DNA from: Nitrospirota bacterium
GTDB taxonomy: Bacteria; Nitrospinota_A; UBA7883
Direction of reading: 5' to 3'
DNA length: 64,000 nt
Assembly (NCBI GenBank): GCA_024275315.1
Contig: JAJRZK010000006.1
Coordinates: 830-64,829 of the forward strand
Positions 1 through 11,193 of this stretch are shown piece by piece. Each line of letters opens with the position of its first letter. Position 1 is the stretch's first letter. A program made the translations under genes and the position numbers. Under the pieces are notes generated by a model, which worked only from the letters and a program-made list of their open reading frames with translations, was not told the origin of the DNA and searched no databases.

Positions 1-1
1 A

Positions 2-1712
<1,711 letters not shown>

Positions 1713-1745
1713 ACCGTGGCGTGTGGTCGCTGAAATATACGAAAT

Positions 1746-3116
1746 ATGTCCGCAGATTCCCATTGCCATCTCAATGACCCGGCGTTTAAGGATGATCGCG
1801 ACGAAGTGATCGCCAGAGCCAGGGGGGCCGGGGTCTGTCTTATGCTCAACGTTGGGTACGACCTGGCCACCACCCGTGTCGCCATCGACCTGGCTCGCGC
1901 CAATCCCGACATGTTCGCCTCGGTCGGCGTGCATCCCCACAACGCAAAAGATGTGGACGGCGAAGTTATAGAGAAAATGCGCTTTGCCGCGGCGGCTCCG
2001 GAGGTGGTGGCGATCGGCGAGACCGGTCTCGATTATTACCGTGACAGGTCTCCAAGAGAGGCGCAACAAAAGGCGTTTCGGGCTCATCTGGCCCTTGCCC
2101 GGGAGGTTTGCAAACCGGTGGTGATCCATTGCAGGAACGCCATGGAGGATTGTCTTGAAATCCTGAGAGACGAGGGCGTGGAGCAAACCGGCGCAGTGAT
2201 GCACTGTTTCGCCGGGACACCGGACGACGCGCGCGCGTGCCTGGCGATGAACATGTACATCTCTTTTGCAGGCAACATCACATATCCAAAGGCCGCCGGA
2301 TTGAGGGAGTCCTTGAGCGTTGTCCCGGGCCACAGGTTGCTGGTGGAGACCGACTCGCCATATCTTGCGCCCCGGAAAAAACGGGGCAAGAGAAACGAGC
2401 CGTCGCTGATATCCCATGTCATTGGCCAGGCGGCGACAACAAGAGGTGTCACCTACGAGGATATGGAGAGAATATCGGTTTCCAATTTCAAGACGCTTTT
2501 CAAGGTGGGTGATCCGGGCGCCGGCGAGGTGGCCTACATGATCAGAAACTCGCTATACCTGAACGTCACCAGGAGTTGCGACAACGAGTGCTATTTCTGC
2601 GCCAGATTCCATTCCGACACGGTGCAGGGGCACAACCTGCGTATCGAACGCGACCCGACCACTGAAGAGATGATAGAAGCGGTGGGCGACCCGACCAGGT
2701 ATGACGAGGTGGTGTTTTGCGGATATGGCGAGCCGACACTGCGACTGGACCGGGTCAAAGAGGTGGCCAGGGCGGTAAAGGCCATGGGCGGGCACACACG
2801 GCTTAACACCAACGGTCACGGCTCTGTTATCGCCGGCCGGGACATTACACCGGAGCTTGTGGGCCTTGTTGACGAGGTTTCTGTCAGCCTGAACGCTCCC
2901 GACGCTGATACGTACAACGCAATATGCAACCCGAAGTCGCCGGGTGCGTATGAGGGGCTGATCGAGTTTATCAAAGCTACCAGGCGGCGGGGGCTGAAAG
3001 TCACCGCCACTGCCGTGGCCATAGAGGGCAAGGTGGACATTGAAGCTTGCCGGCGACTGGCGGAGAACGAGCTGGGGGTTTATTTCCGGGTGAGGGATTA
3101 TAACCTGGTCGGTTAA
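1746..3116 (+). CDS. TatD-family hydrolase fused to a TatD-associated radical SAM domain
   Basis: N-terminal DSHCH, GETGLDY, IHCR and ETDSPYLAP TatD motifs. C-terminal LYLNVTRSCDNECYFC (CxxxCxxC) and VVFCGYGEPT. Confidence 0.9.
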   Translation: MSADSHCHLNDPAFKDDRDEVIARARGAGVCLMLNVGYDLATTRVAIDLARANPDMFASVGVHPHNAKDVDGEVIEKMRFAAAAPEVVAIGETGLDYYRDRSPREAQQKAFRAHLALAREVCKPVVIHCRNAMEDCLEILRDEGVEQTGAVMHCFAGTPDDARACLAMNMYISFAGNITYPKAAGLRESLSVVPGHRLLVETDSPYLAPRKKRGKRNEPSLISHVIGQAATTRGVTYEDMERISVSNFKTLFKVGDPGAGEVAYMIRNSLYLNVTRSCDNECYFCARFHSDTVQGHNLRIERDPTTEEMIEAVGDPTRYDEVVFCGYGEPTLRLDRVKEVARAVKAMGGHTRLNTNGHGSVIAGRDITPELVGLVDEVSVSLNAPDADTYNAICNPKSPGAYEGLIEFIKATRRRGLKVTATAVAIEGKVDIEACRRLAENELGVYFRVRDYNLVG

Positions 3117-3856
3117 TCTATCGGTCGTGTCCCTCCGAACAGGGCCAGCTCGAATATCTTGAAATAGCAGTCGACATTCTCATAACCGATATCCCTCAAC
3201 CACGCGCACTGCTTCTCCACAGGCGTAAGGATGTTGGCCTCCTTGTCGGGTCTTTTGTAATAGCGCCTGGTGGCTATTTCGTCCCTGGACATGGTCGATC
3301 TATGGTTCTTGTGGCAGTCGTACAGCGAATCGACAAACATATCATCAAAAATTGTTTCCACCCACTTGCCACACGAAGACACATGCTCCAGGTTTAAAAA
3401 CACACAGCCCGGCTTTAGCGGGCCCAGTATCTACTTATACGGCCCCTTTTTTCTCTCATCGGTCTGGTGGTGGATGGAGAATCCCGACACCACGGCGTCG
3501 AAAGGGCCAAATGGGCGGACGGAATCCGTCCATCGACTGTATTGAAAATCCCCGACCACAAATTCCGGCTGGCGCACCGTATCTTTAAGCCTGATTTTGG
3601 CGGAGTTGATCATGCTTTCCGATAAATCGTAGAACACCCCCTTGGCGTCCGGATATCTTTCCAGGATGGCTCCGCCAAGTATCCCGCCACCACAGCCGAT
3701 ATCGAAAAACCTCTTAAGATGCGGAGCGGCGGCTTCTATTATTCTCAGCATGGTGTCGATCTGATCGGAAGCCATCGGGATCGCGCCACGTACATTTTCA
3801 AGAAATGTTTTGGCCAGCTCCGGCTCTTTCCACACCCTGTCGTTTTTCGTCGTCAT
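3113..3856 (-). pseudogene. class I SAM-dependent methyltransferase interrupted by an in-frame TAG (3431-3433)
   Basis: ORFs 3431-3856 and 3113-3403 share a frame, reading ...HHQTDERKKGPYK*ILGPLKPGCVFLNLEHV... SAM motif DIGCGGG and C-terminal WLRDIGYENVDCYFK are present. Confidence 0.75.
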
Positions 3857-3963
3857 CTGGATTTATGGCAAACCGAGGTGAGTGTTTATATTAAAACCAG
3901 CCGCCGGTTAATCAGAACCCGGGCGGGATATCGCCGGGTTACGGTCAGCTAGGTTGAAAATCA

Positions 3964-5007
3964 TCAACGGGTGATTCCCAGGGTCCTGATGCCGGCATTG
4001 TTGAAAGAAGCCATGGCCTGTTCCGCTTCTTTTCTGGTTTTATACTTGCCGATACGGACTTTATACAAGCTGACCGGCGTTTTTGTGACGGTTATCCTGG
4101 ATGGAAATCCGGCGGACTTTATGCGTCGGTGGAGTTTTTCCGCGCTCGCCCGTACGCTGAAAGTTCCCGCCACCAGGGTCACTCCTGATCCGTTGTCGCG
4201 ATACTTGACCCTGGTCGTAAATCCTGCCTCGCCCAGGCTGGCGGACATGCCGGACGAATCACGTATGGACTTGAATTCACCCACATCCACCCTGTAAAGC
4301 TCCTGCCGCGCCTTTCCCATGGATATCCACGAATCATATCCCTTTTTCATCAGGCTGTCCCGAAAAGCAAGCGCCCGTATCGCATCGGTGGTCGCCAGCG
4401 TCTGCACGGAAAATGCGCCGGTCCCCGCCGTCTCCGGAGACGGGCTCGACTCTACGGCTCGGACCGATTGCGCCGCAGATTCGGGTTTTTGCCGTGCGGT
4501 GTCGCTTGTGGGCGTGGCCTTGGCTGGCGCCGGTTCCGGCTCGGGACCGGTTTCCCGCTCCACCTGCTCCGGCTCTTTTTTGTCATCTTCGGGTGTCTGT
4601 CCCGCGGCTTGTTCTACCGTAACAGGTGTGGGTTTTGCCGGTTCTTCAATTGTTTTGGCAGGTTCAAGGGGCTTGTCTTCCATCAGTGCGCCCGGAGCCT
4701 TAAAATCTTCGTCTATCTGGTTTTGCTCCTGTAGCTTCGCTATTTGCGTTTCGATATCCTGCGGTTCCTCACGGGGTGTTTCCCGCGGTTTTTCTTTTCC
4801 GGGTTCGACGGTCGCTGTTATTTCCTCTACATGCGTAGGTTCCGGGTTCTCGGATGTCAACACCAGGGCGATGATTATTCCCGCGGCTATCCCGATAAAA
4901 ATAAGGTTGCGCTTTTTTTTGCTGGCGTGATATTCGTCCGCCAGCTCGGCTTCGAAATCCTCCAGCAACTCGTTGTCCACTCCGCCGAATTTTTCCTCGT
5001 CGCTCAT
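3964..5007 (-). CDS. SPOR-domain cell envelope/division protein (one TM helix, low-complexity linker, about 3 SPOR repeats)
   Basis: TM segment LIFIGIAAGIIIALVL, a P/E/A-rich linker, and repeated SPOR-like motifs (YRVDVGEF, YKVRIGKYKTRKEA). Start chosen at ATG 5007; the ORF is open to 5079. Confidence 0.8.
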   Translation of the reverse strand: MSDEEKFGGVDNELLEDFEAELADEYHASKKKRNLIFIGIAAGIIIALVLTSENPEPTHVEEITATVEPGKEKPRETPREEPQDIETQIAKLQEQNQIDEDFKAPGALMEDKPLEPAKTIEEPAKPTPVTVEQAAGQTPEDDKKEPEQVERETGPEPEPAPAKATPTSDTARQKPESAAQSVRAVESSPSPETAGTGAFSVQTLATTDAIRALAFRDSLMKKGYDSWISMGKARQELYRVDVGEFKSIRDSSGMSASLGEAGFTTRVKYRDNGSGVTLVAGTFSVRASAEKLHRRIKSAGFPSRITVTKTPVSLYKVRIGKYKTRKEAEQAMASFNNAGIRTLGITR

Positions 5008-5099
5008 GCAATTTATCTCCAATCGTGTTAAGCCGTTTGTATCATAACCGGGCTCTATTAACAACATCTGTTGGGCCATTAGTTGGTATGATATACATC

Positions 5100-6068
5100 A
5101 TGAAACCAGGAGGGTATGTAATAGGGGTCGATCTGGGCGGGACATATGTCCGAGCCGCGGCGGTTTTGCCTGCGGGCAGGATATACGCCAGGGTCAAGCT
5201 GGAGTCGGGAGCTTCCCTGGGATACGGCGAGGTTGTAAAAATCATCAGGTCCGCCGTGGAAAATGTCGTTGTTTCGATGGGTGCGCCCCCTTTGGCCATC
5301 GGCTTAGCGTCCGCCGGTGCGATTGATTTTTCCAGGAAACAGGTCGTCAGGTCGCCGAACTTTCCCGATTGGCGAAATGTTCCCCTGGCGAAAGATGTGG
5401 GCGAAGAGTTCGCGGATTGTTCCATAACACTGGAAAACGACGCCAACGCCGCCGCTCTCGGAGAAGGGTGGCTGGGAGCCGCTAAAGGTTGGTCCGATTT
5501 TGTAACGCTGACCCTGGGTACGGGAATAGGTGGAGGTGTTGTCCTGGCCGGTGAGTTGTTGCGCGGCGCCCGGGGGATGGCTGGCGAAGTGGGGCACATC
5601 ACCATACACCCCGATGGCAGACCTTGCGGGTGCGGAAGCTCTGGATGCCTGGAGACCACCGCGTCGGCGACCGGGGTCAGGCGCACCGCGATAGAGAGAA
5701 TGGCCGACCCCGGCTCCGTGTGGCTGAAAAAGGCCTGCCGGGGCGACATTGAAAAGATCGACGCCAGGTTGATCGCCAGGCTGGGAGAAAAGGGGGACCC
5801 GTTTTGTGCTCGTATCCTGAAAGAAGCGGGAAGAGACCTTGGCGCGGCCATGGGAACACTGGCCCTGGTCCTGGGTGTGTCACGGTTTGTAATAGGCGGC
5901 GGGATGGCTCGGGCTTTCGGGTTGATGAAACCTTCGGCGAGAAGAACGGCCCTGAAATCCGCCTATACACTGACAGGGGCTAAACTTAAAATTGTGAATT
6001 CGCGGCTTGGCGATGACGCGGGGATACTCGGCGTGGCGAAAAAAGCCCTGGATTCGATTGATTCATAA
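5100..6068 (+). CDS. ROK-family sugar kinase (glucokinase-like)
   Basis: IGVDLGGT, LENDANAAALGE, LTLGTGIGGG, GEVGH and Zn motif CGCGSSGCLE. Confidence 0.92.
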   Translation: MKPGGYVIGVDLGGTYVRAAAVLPAGRIYARVKLESGASLGYGEVVKIIRSAVENVVVSMGAPPLAIGLASAGAIDFSRKQVVRSPNFPDWRNVPLAKDVGEEFADCSITLENDANAAALGEGWLGAAKGWSDFVTLTLGTGIGGGVVLAGELLRGARGMAGEVGHITIHPDGRPCGCGSSGCLETTASATGVRRTAIERMADPGSVWLKKACRGDIEKIDARLIARLGEKGDPFCARILKEAGRDLGAAMGTLALVLGVSRFVIGGGMARAFGLMKPSARRTALKSAYTLTGAKLKIVNSRLGDDAGILGVAKKALDSIDS

Positions 6069-6069
6069 C

Positions 6070-7275
6070 ATGTTCAGGATCATTGTCCAGGTCGCCTTCA
6101 GGGAGCTTCGCGGGTCGTTGAGCAGGTCGCTGTTGACCATGCTGGGTGTGATAATAGGAGTGGCGGCGGTGGTGGCGATGGTGGCGCTGGGGGAAGGGGC
6201 GAAATATGATGTGGCCCGCAACATACAGAACCTGGGCTCCAACCTGCTGATTATCCGTCCCGGCCTGCTGCAAAAACACCATGTGCGCAGCGCCCCCGCG
6301 CAAACGCTGACCATGGACGACGCCCGCCGGATAAGAAAGACCATTCCCCATGTGGTCTCCGCCGCGCCAAGCATAGCCCAGACGGCCCAGGTAAAATATA
6401 TGAGTGAAAACGTTATGACGAATATTATCGGGGCCACGCCGGACTACCTGTCCGCCCGAAAGTTTTCGACTCGTAAGGGCAAGTTTTTCACATTGCACGA
6501 TGTCGCCTCGGCCAGGCGAGTGGCCGCGCTGGGCAAAACGGTGGCCAAAACGCTTTTCAGGTCCACCAGCCCTGTCGGAAAATATATCAAGATCAACGGC
6601 GTAAACTTTCTGGTGGTGGCGGTCATGGCGGAGAAGGGCCAGGCCGGATGGTGGGACGCGGACGACCAGATACTGATCCCCGTCACCGCGTATCAAAAGC
6701 GGATATTCGGCGGCTCCCATGTCAGCAACATATTTGTAGAGGTGGACAGCCGCGGCTTCATGGCGCAGGTCAAGGCTCGTATCGAAACCCTGTTAAGGCG
6801 CACCCACAGGATAAGGAAAGAAGCCGAAGCGGACTTTCATATCCGGTCCCAGGTGGATATTCTAAAATCGATGGAATCCATGACCAGGACATTCACATAC
6901 CTGCTTGGAGGCATCGCCGCCATATCCCTGGTGGTTGGCGGGATAGGCATCATGAACATCATGCTCGTTACGGTGACCGAGCGAACCAGGGAGGTGGGGC
7001 TCCGAAAGGCGCTGGGCGCCAAGCGGCGGGATATATTAAAGCAGTTTCTTGTGGAGTCCACCATCCTGTCCGGGATAGGGGGAATTGTGGGTGTGGGTCT
7101 GGGCGTGGTGGTGGCGCATGTCATCGGCCAGTTTTCAAAATGGGGAACCCATGTCTCCACCAACTCCATAATGGTGGCGTACATAACCGCTTTGGTGGTC
7201 GGAGTGTTTTTCGGATGGTATCCGGCGTACAAGGCCGCGCAACTCAACCCGGTGGATGCGTTGAGGCATGAATAG
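6070..7275 (+). CDS. MacB/FtsX-like ABC transporter permease
   Basis: RSLLTMLGVIIGVAAVV and GGIGIMNIMLVTVTERTREVGLRKALGA motifs; C-terminal PAYKAAQLNPVDALRHE. Confidence 0.93.
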   Translation: MFRIIVQVAFRELRGSLSRSLLTMLGVIIGVAAVVAMVALGEGAKYDVARNIQNLGSNLLIIRPGLLQKHHVRSAPAQTLTMDDARRIRKTIPHVVSAAPSIAQTAQVKYMSENVMTNIIGATPDYLSARKFSTRKGKFFTLHDVASARRVAALGKTVAKTLFRSTSPVGKYIKINGVNFLVVAVMAEKGQAGWWDADDQILIPVTAYQKRIFGGSHVSNIFVEVDSRGFMAQVKARIETLLRRTHRIRKEAEADFHIRSQVDILKSMESMTRTFTYLLGGIAAISLVVGGIGIMNIMLVTVTERTREVGLRKALGAKRRDILKQFLVESTILSGIGGIVGVGLGVVVAHVIGQFSKWGTHVSTNSIMVAYITALVVGVFFGWYPAYKAAQLNPVDALRHE

Positions 7276-8041
7276 GTTATACAAGATGAATGGTGATCAA
7301 CCACCGATTGCGACGGTCATCATGGCCGCTGGCAAGGGAACCAGGATGCAATCAGACTTGCCCAAGGTCATGCACAACCTTGCCGGGCGGCCCCTGCTTG
7401 CCCATGTTATTGAAACGGCCCGCAAGGTAAACCCGTCCAGGATCGTTATAGTCGTTGGCCATGGAAGGGATCTGGTGATGGACAGGTTTCGTGGAGAGGG
7501 TGTGGAGTTCGCCGTGCAGGAACCGCAACTGGGCACGGGGCACGCCATAGCCCGGACGGAGCCTGTTCTGGGGGATTTCGCCGGCCTTATAATCACCCTG
7601 TCCGGGGACGTGCCGCTGTTGGGAGCCGAAACCTTGAAAAAGATGATCCAGGTTCATCAGGACACCAAAGCTTCGTTGACCGTTCTCACCTGCGAACCGG
7701 ACGACCCCGGGGCGTATGGCAGGATCGTGCGGAGGGACGGGCGTATCGTGGCCAACGTGGAAGCCAGGGACGCGACAGAAGCGGAGTTGTCGATCAGGGA
7801 GATAAACGCGGGTGTATATGTGTTTGACTCCGGTTTTTTGTATCCCGCGCTTAAAAAGGTGGACAACAACAACGCGCAGGGGGAGTATTATCTGACAGAC
7901 CTCATACGCATAGCGGTGGAAAGCGGGCTCACGGTTTCATCCTGCAAGACAGAGGATCCGGTGCAGGCGCAGGGGGTCAACACCAAGGAGCAACTCGAAT
8001 CACTGGCGAATGCGTACATGGCCCGTGTTGAAAGTAGATAG
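7268..8041 (+). CDS. GlmU N-terminal-only nucleotidyltransferase (N-acetylglucosamine-1-phosphate uridyltransferase-like)
   Basis: MAAGKGTRM.SDLPKVMH, QLGTGHA, EINAGVY and NNAQGEYYLTD motifs. It stops at 257 aa with no hexapeptide acetyltransferase domain. Confidence 0.88.
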   Translation: MNRLYKMNGDQPPIATVIMAAGKGTRMQSDLPKVMHNLAGRPLLAHVIETARKVNPSRIVIVVGHGRDLVMDRFRGEGVEFAVQEPQLGTGHAIARTEPVLGDFAGLIITLSGDVPLLGAETLKKMIQVHQDTKASLTVLTCEPDDPGAYGRIVRRDGRIVANVEARDATEAELSIREINAGVYVFDSGFLYPALKKVDNNNAQGEYYLTDLIRIAVESGLTVSSCKTEDPVQAQGVNTKEQLESLANAYMARVESR

Positions 8042-8131
8042 AGCAACTGGCGTGACGGCGAATGGTGGATTTGCCTAAAGTCGGCGCTGGGCATATAATC
8101 GGGGCTCACGTAAAACACAACAGGTTTTGTT

Positions 8132-9340
8132 ATGAAAGCGATTGTATTGGCAGGAGGCCGCGGCGCGAGCATGGCTCCGTTTTCCAGCACCCGCCCGAAC
8201 CCGATGCTCCCGGTGTGCGGGTCGTACGTGATCGACTATACCCTGGGCATGCTCAAAGCCGCAGGTGTAAACCTTGCGAACATGGTTGTAGGCAGCCACG
8301 CAGACGTGATAAAGAGCCATCTTTCCCACGGGCACCCTTCCGGCATGGCCATACACATCATCAACCAGGGCAAGCAGGCCATGATAGGAAAAGCGATATT
8401 GAAAGCCAAATCCCGCTTTTCTCCGGGGGAGCATTTTGTGTTGGTATACGCAGACACCCTGACCACCTCCAACATTTTCAGCGTGGCCCTGCAATCGTTC
8501 GGGCTCCACAACGACCCGGTGGCGTCTATCTGCCATACCGGGTCGGCCGAGAAATACGGCGCGGTCTATCTTGGCCAGGATATGAAGATCACAAAGATAA
8601 TAGAAAAACCAAAAAAGAAAGCCGGGCTGGGCAACTATGTCCTCTCCGGGGTATTCGTGTTGCCGGAGCGTTTTTTCGGCTACCTGGAAAAAGCCAGGGG
8701 CGACATGGAGCAGGCGCTTAAGAACCTGATCGACAAGGAGACCCTTCGCGCTTCCATATGGGAAAACGACTGGCTGGACATGGCCTATCCCTGGGACATT
8801 CTCACCGCCAACCGCATGATAATGGACCAGTGGAAAACAGCGGAAATACATCACAGCGTCGAGCTGAGCGAGACCATAATCAAGGGCCCTGTCAGGATCT
8901 GCCAAGGCGCGGAAGTGCGGGCGGGGTCTGTGCTTGAAGGGCCGGCGTTTATCGGGCCGGGGGCCTTTATCGGGCATAACGTGCTGATTCGTCCATATAC
9001 GTGCGTGGGCGCCAACAGCGTGATCGGCGTGGGGGCGGAGCTCAAGAACTGCGCCCTGTTTCCCGGCGTTAATGTCGGCAGGCTGTCGTTTATAGGCGAT
9101 TCGGTCGTTGGCGAGAGTGTGGATATCGGCGCCGGAACGATGACTATCAACCGCACCATAGACTCCAAACCGGTAAAAGTGAAAGTCGGCGGGAAAATCG
9201 TCGACACCGGGCTGGAGAAGATAGGGGCGTTTATAGGTGACAAGGCGGTTATCGGGGCTTCGAACACCCTGGCCGCGGGGGTGAAGATCGATCCTGGTGT
9301 GATGATCCCTCATAATTGCTCGGTCCACCACCGATGCTAG
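8132..9340 (+). CDS. bifunctional sugar-1-phosphate nucleotidyltransferase/acetyltransferase-like protein (archaeal GlmU-type architecture)
   Basis: MKAIVLAGGRG NTP-transferase start, YPWDIL linker, then left-handed beta-helix repeats (SFIGDSVVG, IGAGT, KIGAFIGD). Confidence 0.8.
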   Translation: MKAIVLAGGRGASMAPFSSTRPNPMLPVCGSYVIDYTLGMLKAAGVNLANMVVGSHADVIKSHLSHGHPSGMAIHIINQGKQAMIGKAILKAKSRFSPGEHFVLVYADTLTTSNIFSVALQSFGLHNDPVASICHTGSAEKYGAVYLGQDMKITKIIEKPKKKAGLGNYVLSGVFVLPERFFGYLEKARGDMEQALKNLIDKETLRASIWENDWLDMAYPWDILTANRMIMDQWKTAEIHHSVELSETIIKGPVRICQGAEVRAGSVLEGPAFIGPGAFIGHNVLIRPYTCVGANSVIGVGAELKNCALFPGVNVGRLSFIGDSVVGESVDIGAGTMTINRTIDSKPVKVKVGGKIVDTGLEKIGAFIGDKAVIGASNTLAAGVKIDPGVMIPHNCSVHHRC

Positions 9341-9363
9341 AAATATTTTCCTGAAGTAAAATT

Positions 9364-11187
9364 ATGTGCGGAATAGCTGGCATAGTTGCACTGGAGGATA
9401 TAAGCGCACGGCTTGTCCAGTCCATACGGAATCTTGAATACAGAGGTTACGACTCGTGCGGGATTGCGATGCTCAACGGGTCTGGAAAAATAAAGATAAG
9501 CAAGAACATCGGCTCTGTCGAGGAAGTCTGCGAGAAGGAAAACTTTGGCAGGCTCAAGGGCTCGGTCGGCATCGCGCATACAAGGTGGGCCACCCATGGC
9601 GGGGTCACCAAATCCAACGCTCATCCCCACATGTCGTGCGACAACGGCTTTTCCATCGCGCACAACGGGATAATATCCAACCATGAAAAGCTCCGGACAA
9701 GGCTGAAAAATGCGGGGCACCGGTTTCGCTCCACCACCGATACGGAGGTGATCGTGCATCTTGTGGAGGACTGGCACAGGAAGGTCAAATCGGTCGAAAA
9801 AGCCTTTGTGGCCGCCATGCGCGAGCTGGACGGGACATACGCCGTCATCCTCGTCACCGGCCACGAGCCGGACAGGATATACTGCGCCAGGAACGAAAGC
9901 CCCCTCCTTATCGGGCTTGGCGATTATGTCAACTATATCGGGTCCGACCTTAACGCCTTTATCGACCACACCAAAAACGCCGTGTTTATGGAGGACAAGG
10001 AATACGCCATTGTCACCCATGACAGCTGCATACTAAAACGCATATCCGATGGCGAGACAATGTCCCGCCAGGTGCAGGAGCTTATGTGGGATTCGGAGAT
10101 GGCGCAAAAGGGTGGTTTTCCCCATTACATGCTCAAGGAAATCTATGAACAGCCCCAGGTTGTCCATAACGCCCTGGATATCGACCCTGAGCTGGTGGAG
10201 GGTTTTGCGAGGATGGCGCTTGAGAAAAAGACGCTGCACATAACGGGGGTCGGCACCACTTTTTACGTGTCCCAGATCGGTCAATATTATTTCAGCAGGT
10301 ACGCCGGCGTTACGCCCATGGTGATATCCTCGGACGAGTTCAGGTTTTTAGCCCAGGTGGACAAGGACACCGCCATCATAGCGGTTTCCCAGTCCGGGGA
10401 GACATACGACACGTTAAACGCTCTTCGTTACGGCAAGAGCCACCATGCGACCACAGGCGCCATAGTGAACGTGATGGGTTCGTCCATGGCCAGGATGGTG
10501 GATCAGATGATCCTCCAGGGGTCCGGGCCGGAGATATGCGTGATCAGTACGAAAGCGGCTCTTTCACAAATGATAATTCTGGCCAGGATCGCGATGGCGG
10601 CGGGGGTGATGAATGGCCGTATAACCGCGAAACAAGCCAGGGGTTACGAGGCGCAATTGCGGGAGCTGCCCGCGGCGATAGAGAACGTGTTGAATGAAAA
10701 ATCGGGTTTTATCCATACAATAGCCCAACAGCAAAGCCATATAAAGCACTGGCTGTTTCTTGGCAGGGGCCGCTATTATCCTGTCGCCAGGGAATCGGCG
10801 CTGAAGATGAAGGAGGTGTCGTATGTTCACGCCGAAGGGATGCCCAGCGGATTTTTGAAACACGGCACGATTGCCCTGATTGATGAGAATCTCAATTCCG
10901 TGGTGTTCGCCCCGCCGGAGGAGGAGAAGGAGCTGTACAAGCTTACCCTCTCCTCGGCCGAAGAGATCAGGGCGCGTGACGGATATGTTCTCGGGCTGAC
11001 ATTCAAACAGAAGAAAAAAGAGAAACTGCCCTTCACAGAGCAGATAGTCCTCCCGAAAACCCCACCCTTCACCGCTCCGTTCCTGCAAATGGTGGTGGCC
11101 CAGCTCCTGTCGTATTTCACCGCCACCACGTTAAAACGCAATATCGACAGACCCAGATCGCTGGCCAAATCGGTGACGGTGGCCTAG
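9364..11187 (+). CDS. glmS: glutamine--fructose-6-phosphate transaminase (isomerizing)
   Basis: N-terminal MCGI nucleophile, LEYRGYDS, HTRWATHG, SQSGET and C-terminal PRSLAKSVTV. Confidence 0.97.
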   Translation: MCGIAGIVALEDISARLVQSIRNLEYRGYDSCGIAMLNGSGKIKISKNIGSVEEVCEKENFGRLKGSVGIAHTRWATHGGVTKSNAHPHMSCDNGFSIAHNGIISNHEKLRTRLKNAGHRFRSTTDTEVIVHLVEDWHRKVKSVEKAFVAAMRELDGTYAVILVTGHEPDRIYCARNESPLLIGLGDYVNYIGSDLNAFIDHTKNAVFMEDKEYAIVTHDSCILKRISDGETMSRQVQELMWDSEMAQKGGFPHYMLKEIYEQPQVVHNALDIDPELVEGFARMALEKKTLHITGVGTTFYVSQIGQYYFSRYAGVTPMVISSDEFRFLAQVDKDTAIIAVSQSGETYDTLNALRYGKSHHATTGAIVNVMGSSMARMVDQMILQGSGPEICVISTKAALSQMIILARIAMAAGVMNGRITAKQARGYEAQLRELPAAIENVLNEKSGFIHTIAQQQSHIKHWLFLGRGRYYPVARESALKMKEVSYVHAEGMPSGFLKHGTIALIDENLNSVVFAPPEEEKELYKLTLSSAEEIRARDGYVLGLTFKQKKKEKLPFTEQIVLPKTPPFTAPFLQMVVAQLLSYFTATTLKRNIDRPRSLAKSVTVA

Positions 11188-11193
11188 GGGAAT

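Noticed and set aside
3914-3927. 14-mer AGAACCCGGGCGGG also present at 30162-30175
   Set aside because: A few exact 14-mer matches are expected by chance in 64 kb, and the flanks do not align.
6070-7275. Orphan MacB-like permease as a novel system
   Set aside because: Permeases separated from their ATPase and adaptor genes are common; partners probably lie elsewhere in the genome.
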